This document shows positions 42,401 through 54,400 of a stretch of 64,000 nt of DNA, piece after piece (the stretch's first letter is position 1; every line of letters begins with the position of its first letter). The notes under the pieces were generated by a model, which was given only the letters and a program-made list of their open reading frames with translations, searched no databases and was not told where the DNA came from. The position numbers and the translations under genes are program-made. The DNA comes from Phoronis australis (taxonomy: Eukaryota > Animalia > Phoronida). Location of the stretch: contig NMRA01000633.1 in assembly GCA_002633005.1 (NCBI GenBank), positions 79,939 to 143,938 on the forward strand. The letters run 5' to 3'.

Positions 42401-45400
42401 GCGATAAATACAACACATTTGCTGATCAAGAAAGTTTCTTCCTCTATCTTATTACCTAAACGGATACTGTTGCTAAAATTGGATGTACCTTCCCGATGAG
42501 TCAGGGCTGACCTCAGTAGCCGAGTAGTGGCCACGGCACATATGACGTACTTCACAAACTTATGATTATGCATTAAATACCATTTGTCATATACAAAGAA
42601 CAGGTAAAATTTGGACAACAAATAATCACGTTTGCATAAAAAGAACCAAAATGAGAATCAGAAACAACCAAACAAAGTAACAATGCATTTACGCTCAAGG
42701 TGATGTCGATAAGTTTTCAAGGAAAACATGTACGTCATTCAGGAATAGTTCCTGAACTGATGCACAGGAACTCAGGTCAGGAATAGTCAATGATTTTCCG
42801 ATCTCGGCCGAGGTATAAAATTGTGCTCAGAAAGGCTTTTAGTTTGATAAGAGAAAGGATGTGAACATTATGCCATGTTACATATTACTTAATTTGGTAT
42901 ATATCTTTAAGTTTTTGAACTACATTGCCCTCTGAGATAAGGACTTTAACTTACAAATATGTGCTCTAATTATGCAGCATGATTTGTTAAGTTATGAGCA
43001 CACTGTAATACAGCATCCGGTGATGAGCCAACTCTCTATCATAACTTTAAGACGGCACTAAGTGTCATACATCTCCCATACCCATGCACTGTTAATGCCA
43101 AACAATTTAAGAGCAGTCTGCAGGAATTTAGACAATAAGGACTTATTTGATTTGGGTTAATAAGCTTTTGTTGAGCAGCATATTTGGTCCTGCTAACTAT
43201 AATAATGCTTTCACAAGCACAAACAATAGGTAAAAACAGCAGTCCAATAAGTGCATACTCCAATCAATAGCAAACCACAGTGCTGTAAAAAGTTCATTGT
43301 ACATAAATCACAACAATGAGCTCATTGATCAGAAGTACTTGTGGGAACAGTGGATGGGGCACAAAGGAAGATGGCTTGGCCAATAACTGCATCAACAGGT
43401 TGGCACTAGCTCAAACAGATAACATAAGATTTTTATATCAAGTCATCAATTAAATTCAAATCTATTCAAAAAGAAGCCTGTTCTAGCAGTACAATAAACA
43501 TTCCGGTTTAATTAAGGTTATCTCAAACCTTATTTAGTGGCCTCCATTCTAACTCATATATCAAAACAAGAGCAACGTGGACCCCTGAAATGCACCCACG
43601 AATGCACCGTAAACAGTGCGATTATAAGGGTGTTTATTTGTATCATAAAAATGGCCACTAGATGGCGCAAAATGTGTCGAATCCATCCGAAAACTGGAAT
43701 GTCATCAAAGCTATTTACCAAATTTCATAAAAATCTATAAAAGAACTTCTGAGAAATCGAAGAAAACGGAAAAAGTGAAATTGCCACTTGGAGGCTATGG
43801 GCGCAAAACAATCATCATATTGAGTCCACGAGGTATACTTATGATAGAACAGTGCCAAGGAAAATGAAGACAAAACATAGCTTTAATCCCGAGGGAGTTG
43901 TGCATCTACATGCATACCACCACTGAGAACGATAGGCTACGAGTCGCCTCACATTTATGAGGTCACAAACACAGCAAGTCATGAAAAGACATAAAACCTA
44001 ACCCTAATTCCCTAATTCAATAAGTAAATTGACATTTCGCTGTTTCAATCTCATGCTAATGACATGCTTTAACCACCCACTCAATTTTTGTAATCCACAG
44101 ACTATGTGTATAACAATGATCTGTGACCTACTCAAAAGTAGGTCAAACAACAATAAAAACAGTTGATCCCACCTTGTGCATGGGGACAATACGTTTTTAT
44201 GATAATTAAGTTAATTACGCACTGCAAATTCAGTTGACATTGCGAGTGAATGTTGAAATATTCAACATGCTTTAGGCATGTATAGGTTATACAGAACGAA
44301 AACAAGTTTTCACCGAATAATTAACCGAAGACTGAGATTTTCAGCTTTTTCTCGGCTTTGGCAAAGCGACTTTATTTCAACCTAGGAACACGAGTTCTCG
44401 AAAGCGGCTTGGTGGATTTCGCTGAAACTTTCCTAACTTAATATATATTCATCAATCTCAAAAACGCTGTTATAATTTTTCTTTTAAGGCCTAGTTTTGA
44501 GTAATGTAACAAAGACAAATACGACTTCTATGTTTCACAAAAAATGCCTTACGTTGTGCGAGCTGATTTCTCATAGAAACCAAACGAAGACTATTCGAAA
44601 ATTCCTAACAGCATTTTTGAGGTAAATGGTGAAGTTTTCATTTAAATAAGGTTTCACTAAAAATCGACTAAGGGGTTATTTCACTATGAATTTGCCCATT
44701 TTAAAAATGAAATTTTGACGTAAAAAAGGTGTTAACAGAATTATAATAATGGTACATAAATACAAAACGTATTTTTATATTACCTGAAATCCTTTTCTTT
44801 CAGAAAATATATACTTTTATTCCTTGAGAAAGCTTAGTTTTTTGATATGAGTTAGAATGGAGGCCATTTCTCACTTACTGAAACTAAAAGCGAACTTTTA
44901 CCTCAAGTGAGCAAATACTGCAGGAAACCAAGTTACAGTGTGTTGTGAGCATGAGATTGAAACAACAAAATGTCAAATTAACAATGAAATTCATGACATT
45001 GGGTGAAGACTTATCTTTTTTCACAACTTGCTATGTTTATGACACCGAAGTGGATAGTCATCCGGACTCGATGCCATTTGTGCTCAACGGTCGTATGTAC
45101 TAACTCTCTCAGGATCAAACTTTTCTTTCCTTTACTACCACATCTTTCTATCCTACATACACCTTGTTGACTCAGTATTATCACACTGTCATAGACTGAC
45201 TGGTCCATATAACTGCACTAGACCCTGTCATAGACTGACTGGTCCATATAACTACACTGGATACTGCCATAGACCGACTGGTCCATATAACTACACTGGA
45301 CCCTGTCATAGACTGACTGGTCCATATTACTACACTAGACCCTGTCATAGACCGACTGGTCCATATAACTACACTGGACACTGTCATACACTGACTAGTC

Positions 45401-48400
45401 CATACAACTACACTAGACACTGTCATACACTGACTGGTAAATATAACTACAGTACACTAAACCTTGTCATACACTGACTGGTAAATAAACAAGAAAGTCC
45501 TCTAATCTTTCTACCAGCCCATGCTCACTTAACCGCCCATCCCCTACTTCAGGTGGATTTTCGATTTAAGCGCCCACCGCTCAGTTAAGCGCCCCTCTGC
45601 GATTTGTGAAGACTTCCAGTTAAGCGCCTACCTTTCGGCAAAGCGCACATCCCCGACTTTTAAAGGTTGAAGGTTTAGCACCCAGTGCTAAAGCAACGCG
45701 CGATTCCCCGACTTTTAGATCGACGATCACAATGAGTGCAACGACGGCCTCCGAGCCGGCAGTTTGGCAATGTGAATTATAATACAAGTAACAAATTATT
45801 GTTCCGGGTCATGGATATACTTCAAAATATAATACTTAAACGTTTTTTGTCACTTTATTTTCTTTTCATGTTCACAAAGTTTAAGAAGCAACCCTGCTGG
45901 CTTCAATACCTCCGCTTTTAGTGATGCGGTCTCCCGCGCTGAGTTTCCGTCTGCAGTGCACTAGATAAAACATATATTCAAAAAAATCAGGCCAGAGAAA
46001 TGTGGCAGTGGTTTTGCCAACCCTTCCAATTCACATTAGGTGGGAAGCTCTCGTATTTTGAAGACTTCCCGTAACTCACGGAAAGATGTCAAAATTCTTC
46101 CTATTTTGATGAATGTAATTGCCAGGTTGAGGGTGTGTGGCGACCGAACGGACAGTGTGCCTCACCGACTTGCTGTCTTTCGATTTCTGAATTCAAAGGT
46201 TGGCAATACGTTACTGGATGTTTGTGTATCATCTTGAAGTAATAAATTTTATGTTTCACTTATTCAAGGTACCTAAACTACACGGTCAACGGACTCAAAA
46301 ACACGGGAACGGACGCATGAACACGACTCACGGACCGGCAAACACCGTCCACTGACTCACAAACACGGGAACGGACTCACAAAACACGATCCACGCACCC
46401 AAATACACGGGACACGGACTCATATTCACGAGGAAACACGGTTAACGGAACGCCCAACACGGTCAACGGACAAAATGTCAACTTCAGCGTTGACAGCTGT
46501 GTAATGGGTGCGAGATTAAATATATTTTTGATGTTATTTTTGTCTGTACTGTGATTTAATTGTTGTGATTTAGAAACAATAAACATTATTGAAACTAATT
46601 ATTCGTTCTGAAATTTATTAACTTTCCAAACCTGTTTGTAACATCCTCGTCCGCAAGCCTCAAGAGAGCGCTGATCGCTAAGCAGATTAACACCATCTTG
46701 AGGCTGACCTAGGAAGGCGATGAGTCCGTGTCCCGTGTTTATGGCATGCTTTATCGGCGTGGATCGTGTTTGGCGGTCCGTTAACCGTGTTTCCTCGTGA
46801 ATATGAGTCCGTGTCCCGTGTATTTGGGTGCGTGGATCGTGTTTTGTGAGTCCGTTCCCGTGTTTGTGAGTCAGTGGACGGTGTTTGCCGGTCCGTGAGT
46901 CGTGTTCATGCGTCCGTTCCCGTGTTTTTGAATCCGTTGACCGTGTAGTTTAGGTACCTTGTTATTGCATCTCAGTCAAACTGGCGTTAGCAGACTTCGG
47001 CAATGTCGCTGGCGGTTCTTTATAATACTATTTCTTGCGACAACCCCCGCCTATGCGTGACTGTGAGTTATCACATCCACCTACCTCTTTTAGCTTTCCG
47101 AATATTTTTGTTTCTTCATTGGCCAGTTTCAGCCTGAACAAGATTCTTACCATTCGAGTGTGGTAATGACGTGCACGCAGCTAGCAACGGGCATAGAACA
47201 TCGGGCTTAGGGAACATCATGCCGGGAAATAATGGAACAGACTTGATATCGCAGTTGGTCATTGGAACCCAGGAATATAGTAAAACACTGATCTTGTGCG
47301 ACGTTGGAATGGTGCACGCGCTTAAGTTCCCACACTCCGGAGTGCATGTTACCTTGACAACAACATATATGTGAGTGACAGGTGACTCATACATACGTGC
47401 GTGCTGAATCTCGCCGCTGTATTTTGCCACAAAAATCGACACGCATATTGAAAGAGGCTATTACATATTACACGGCGGCATTCCAAGTAGCGATTGTCTG
47501 CAGGCATATTGCGCGCAAACAGCGGGACTGACCAATGCCTTAGTGCGATATTGTAGGTTATATTATAATAGGATAATCTGTACTTATTGCATGTACAATA
47601 ATTTTCGTTCCACCAAAGTTTGGTAAGTTGGTCGTTTCAGAATGAATCGCTGTTTTGTGACCTTTGTCATATATTTATGCAGCGGCTCGAAATTTTCTTC
47701 AGCGTATCCTAAAAATTGCAAAAGTAACCGAAACGTTAGCCAATAAAACGCGTCACAGATAGGTTTTAAATTATATCCCGTGTTCATGCGAAATGTTTAC
47801 ATGTCAATGAGGGTTGTTTGTTCTTGATAAGTGTTCAACTTGATTGGGCAACAACCAAATAAAGGCCGGATTTGCTTTATGTTTGCCAGGTTTCTATTTT
47901 CCGCCAAAAATAGGCTAGATACCTGACGACCATGTAAAGGTGTCCAATGTGGCCCGAATAATATTTCAGTGCTTCTGTATGCTGACGATATTGCACTTTT
48001 TTGTCTGAGAATGAAAATGACAAGCAAGATATGGTAAAGGTTTTAAAGAACCGGTGTAAAAAGTGGAGAATGGTTGGGAACATGGCAAAAACTAATGTTG
48101 TCCATTTTCGAGCTAAGTCTGTGCCAAGAAGCAATTTTGAATTCATTTTGAACAGTGTCATCAGTTATAAATCCTCATACAAATATTTAGGCTGTATTCT
48201 GAATCAACACCTTGACTTCAAAGAAAATTTGAATAGGTTATATGAATCTTCTGATAGAGCGTTAGGGAAGATATCTCAACATTCTGTGATAACAAGAATC
48301 TAGGATTCGAAACGTTTAAAACATTTTTTATTCATGTGTGGCACCAATTTTGGATTACTGGTCATCTGTTTGGGGTTACAAAAATTTTCGCAATGATGAA

Positions 48401-51400
48401 AATATTCAAAACAGCTATGCGTTTTTATTTAGGGGTCAACCGATTTACAGCCACTCATGCTGTTAGTGGCGATATGGGGTGGGACTCCACTGGAAATAGA
48501 TTTAAATTGAATATGCTTCATCCTTGGAACAAACTAGTAACCACAGGTGGTGATAGGTTACTGAAGAATGTATTTCTATGGGACTACTCTGTCAGTAGAA
48601 AGGGTTGGATAGAAAGAATCAAAAATTTGTTTAACATAACTGGCATGCAATCTTGTTTTCAATCTGACTACTTGTAACATAGTAGATGCTAGAAACAAAC
48701 TATTTGATTACTCGAAACATGTTTGAGCTGAGTCTGTTTTAACAAAACCCAAGTTAAGACCTACATTTTACTTAAGCACGAATTTTTAACTGAGCCGTAT
48801 GTAAAGATTAATCTATCTCGTTCCTAGCAATCTCTTCTGGCTCAACTTAGAGCAGGAAATCTCCCATTGCACTTGGAGACTGGTCACTATGTAAAACTCT
48901 TGTAAATGAAAGACTGCTTGTGTTGTGATTCTGGTTCTGTGGAGGATGAGCTACATTTTGTGTTTGATTGTTATCTTTATAACTCACGGAGGTCTATTCT
49001 GTTTAGTAATGTTTCACTTCAAATCCTGAACTTTGCAGATTTCAGGAGATTAAATACGTTAAAATTGCTATTTCAGTATATCCCTTGGCAATTTGTCAAA
49101 TATATTAAGTCTGCTTTTGAACTTAAAAACCAACGCAATTATGGTAGGCCTACATCTGAGTTGTGTGGTTAAAGTGACTTAAGCTCAACTGGGCAGGGTA
49201 CTTATCTTTCTTATGAATGTTATACCTATAACTGTTTGAATTAATTGTACTTGTCACTATAATAAATGAATACTACTACTACAACTACACTAGACCCTGG
49301 CCTACACTGACTAGTAAATATAACTACACTAGACCCTGTCATACATACACCGATGTATAATAACAATATTAATAATGTTTATTGCACATCATAGGCTTTG
49401 CCTACTAGTACATATATAAATTCAAACGTATATTCAGAATATTTACACGGAGAGCAGTTCTTCTCTTAAAGCCACAGCCTTCTGAATATACAATGCAAGG
49501 CGCTGGATACTGTCATGATTTCTTCTAAGGCCTCCAGGAACAGGGCATCGACACATGAAACGAGGCTCATCTTCAATTTCACCCAGACAGCATATGCCGC
49601 ATATTCTCTCACCTCTATGAATACCCATATGTCTCCCTTTCTCTCTATTAAGTGAGTGACATGAACATCGAAATTGCGCAACTACAATAGACCCAGTCAT
49701 ACACTAACTGGAGTGCATAACTTCACTAGACCCTATCATACATCAGAACACATTATAGTCTACAATGGCCTCAAAACAGCATCTCGGATGAATTCAAACG
49801 TACAGGAATGGAAAGATTGAATGCTCACTTCTCAACCTGAGGTAGAAATATGTTTGGCTCAATGTGATTATCCACAGCATAATTACTTGTAACTGACCTA
49901 GGTGACATCCTTCAGCCTAGTGTAACCTCTGCTGGTATTTCACTACCTGCTTTTCTGCACCAGGTCACGGGCAGCACAACACTGAAAAAAGTGGGGGCTA
50001 TAGCCCAAGTCCTCTTGTAGTACACAGCCCATAGACCATGGGCGGCGCAGCACTGAAAAAAGTGGGGGTTATAGCCCGCCCAGCCCCCTATGGTGCGCCG
50101 CCCATGTAGGTTATTAACGTACCTACTGTATACTTTACAGGTTAACAGACATAACACGTCATTAAAAAGAACTGGCCAATAGGCCAATCATACATCACAT
50201 CACTTGACAGGACTCTTGCTCACCTGCGGGGAAAGATCTTCTGAGAGGAATTTTTTGGTTGAGGGGAAAATTTCCCCCGCCCCAGGACACCACAAATTTT
50301 GAGACCTCCTCAATGACTCAGTAGATAGTAAAGTTTCAACGATTACCTTTCTGTTGCAACCAATCAACAACCTCAAAATTGGTCCAATTCTAACAAAATC
50401 AACGCGTACATCAAAGAGTTTGTTCCAAATTAGGCAGAGGTTTTGAGTGGAAATCATGTATTTCAGCAGTAGATCACACAACATCTAATTTTTTTTAATA
50501 ACAAGAAACGTAGGATTCAAAATTCCACGATTCCAGCCACAAATTGATCAACGGTCTTTTTGCAGCCAACACGTTTATGAACTTGTTCGTTCTTTCTGAC
50601 TGTGGTGCTGTTCTGGTTTTGAGAAACAATAAAATGGCATGATGCTCAACACCCTTGTGCCAGGTTTCATCAAAAGATGACTTGGGTATTTAGAGATATT
50701 GATCACACACCTGGACAACAGGAAGCCCAAAGTGAAAACAATATGCGACCACACACGCGCGCGCACACACACACACAAATATTTACATTTTCGATTGTAG
50801 GTACACTGTTGTGAGCATTCAAAGTGGTATATGCAGGCAATTTAAAAGACAAGACGTCCTAACTTTGGGCTGGGCGACTTAATAATCTGATTCAGTGGCC
50901 CAGGTTTTGACACCAAGGTGTATCACTGATAAGACTGCATGATGTGGGTTATGTGCGCCCACCAGGTATGTCATTAGTGCAAAGGTCATCCACTACCAGA
51001 ATTTTTTGTCATCAAATTATAACTTATCTCTGAATTCATCCAATTATAGCTCATTTACCATAGGATAAAATAGCATTTTCCGTCGGTTCATACTATACAT
51101 TAGCATAGGAGCATACAAATACACCTTTAAAAGGTACATGATACTCCAATATAATAAGTTATCATGTAATACAGAGACCAACACTCAGTATACATGCCAT
51201 CATCATTCACATAAGTACAAGATCACCTTATCACCAAACACTACCACATTCACAAACTCATATTATATAACAGACTATTCAGCAAGTCCAATTTTAGACT
51301 ACAGCTGAAGTAAGCAATTGAAAGCATATTACAACTGACTGCAGTCTACACTAATGTTGCACTCTAAAGGTAACCATAAGGTTAAATTCTCCTAATTTAT

Positions 51401-54400
51401 TTGACCTGGGAGTGGCTCATTGTAACACAGCACTTGACATGTTCATGGTCTCCATCAACACTGAGCACTGCAAATAGCTTTTGAATGAATACCCAAGCCC
51501 TCCTGGGTTAAGGACATACACTGACTGTCTACCGGTAATATATATTATAAGAAAAATACAAAAACTAAGAGATAAAGCGTGATACAGACATCACTATTAA
51601 ACTTGGGGGTGATTTCTGTAGACCCCAGAAACCTGCTAAGATGTAAAATTACACAACCTTTCAAGAGATAATGTCATGCATTACAAACAATGTACTAGCT
51701 TTCCTTGGATCAGTGAGTAACAGATACAACTCAACAAAGCTCCCTATATCAGTACTAGTGCCCCGTACAAACACTAAGATTCGATGGACATTCCTTCCAA
51801 AACTGCAGGATTAAACCATTTCAATTTCCTTGGATTCACGAAAACACTGCAGAAATGATTGGTTTGACAACTAAGGAACATACATTGGTAAAGGAGGTAA
51901 ATAAAACAGTTAGTGTTAAAATGGATAATACAGGAACAGGACAGCAGCTACCTGCAGCTTGCCAATGCAAACTCAGATTTTGTTTAGTGATTGGCAACGT
52001 GGTAAAAATTCCAAGTCGCTAAGAGTTCATCGGATATTTGCGAGTTGCAACCATGTCAGAGGACGTGTGCTTTATGCTTGGGTAAATGGGAAACCAGTTG
52101 GTGAAAAAAATGCCGCTGGGGAACTTTGGGTTCTGTTGCCTGACATTTGCTCCTTGTGCTTTGCCATAGTTGCCAAGGTTTGACAACACCCACTACAGTG
52201 GTGACCATTGAATCAAGGCAGTCTAAGACTTCATACAATGCTCATTCACATCTACAGGCAGTGTTTACACTAAGCTAAGCTGGGTAAACCTTGAAATTTT
52301 CTTTTATCCCCACTTGAATGGTCCCATAATTTAGTTCACATTAGTCTTCAGGCTATTTTGGCAACACAACCATGACAGTATATATTAGTAACTCAACTCT
52401 GTCTTTATATTTCATCACTAATGGTCATCATGCATCTTGTATCTGAGTAGTGTGCATACAAAGCACAAGGTCACCCAGCACACAACTAATGGTCATCATG
52501 CATCTTGTATCTGAGTAGTGTGCATACAAAGCACAAGGTCATCCAGCACACAACTAATGGTCATCATGCATCTTTTATCTGTGTAGTGTGCATACAAAGC
52601 ACAAGGTCATCCAGCACACAACTACCTTAAGTTACAACTGCTTGTATTAGTTTTAGATCAGCCTCACAACCTAGCATCACAACGCGCCACCTTTCTCACT
52701 TGACCACACTATCATTTCATTGTCCTAACTACAAATTTTCACCATACTAAACACCAGATGTAGAAAGTTTCGGTCAGGAATATCTTGAATCCGCTGACTC
52801 ACTCGAAATAAATCATTGCAGGCAGTCTGGTTCGTATTGTACCAGACATGTACAGGGCGCTCAGGTAGGCCCATTGCACTGATCACATGGAACCATATTT
52901 ATACCAACTTTGTAGAATATAATGGTGTTGTTTGTGTTCCATGGTTCCAAAAAAGTATTTCACAAAGTAAATTTAAAAGTGTTAATATCTATTCTCCTTG
53001 CATGTCAATAGTGATTACTTACGAAAGGCTGTGATCATAGACATATTAATACTATAGACCGGGTGCACGCGCTACTGCAGCTGTCAACTTGATGCCATAT
53101 TGGAGAGTGCTACTAGTCACGTGACACGGCTAATTGCCGTGTAAACGAACGGGGTAAATTGTCCTTTTCAAAGCGCGATATCTAACAAAGAGGCCAAAGA
53201 GTGCAATTTTTTCCAGAAACATACAGTCAAAAACACGTGATGTAGCACTTGCATGCGCTTTTTACGAGTTAATCAGGGAAAATACCGAACTATTAGAAGA
53301 TCGCAACCAGTGGCAGATTCTAGAGTGGCCTGAGTGGCTGCATGGCTGTCAATCCACTGTGAGCGTGTTATTTATTTATTTTTTTTCGTTTTTTTCAAGA
53401 GAAACCACTAAGATCGCGCAAATTTATCATTTAATTCGTGTCACTCGATGCAAATATATATCCAGGGGACGAGCCGCTCACTCGGGACATAGTTTCGTGG
53501 TGCCCCAATAAGCCTTTTCATAGAGTATTGAACAATGACCCCGGGTAACTTTGTAAAATTAAAATGTGACCCGGGTGACTTTTAATGGGGTCTAAATTTA
53601 ATGTGAACTACTGTGAAAAATGACCTCATTGGGGTCATATAAATAAATGGTTTTTGAAGTTCATTAGACCTGCTCATATTCACAAAATTATAGTGCTGAG
53701 ACATATGATATTGTACCAAATTCACAAAAAGATGGTGCTCAATTTATATTGTATCAGTTGATATTCACAAAATGATAGTGCTCATATGATATTGCACCAG
53801 CTGATATTCACAAAATGATATTGCTCATATGATATTGCACCAGCTGATATTCACAAAATGATAGTGCTCATATGATATTGCACCAGCTGATATTCACAAA
53901 ATGATAGTGCTCATATGATATTGGACCAGCTGATATTCACAAAATGATAGTGCTCATATGATATTGCACCAGCTGATATTCACATGCTCATTGACATGAT
54001 TTCCGACACATCCAACTTGCACTGAAAGAGAATAACACGAGTCAATCTGAACGGAAGGTGGACATGACAGAAGATTACACTAATGCCCTGTCCAATCACC
54101 CACAGGTGATACCTGAGTGCCATCTACATTATGAGTTTCATTACTTCTGGAACCACTTGTTGATAGGTGTGGCTGTAGAGTGAGTGATAGATGTGATAAC
54201 TTACACTGGACCTTAATTATCAAGGTTGGGTAACTTTCTCCAATGCAAGTCATAGTGTGTATGCACACCTGCAGACAAGGCGGAAGTAATTACCATCCAA
54301 GGGTAGCGCAGCACAGAAAAAAGTTGGGGCTATTCTTACATGGTATCTGTCAAGGCCTGCATCATATCTCTAGATAATGTGTGACATATGAACAGACTAG

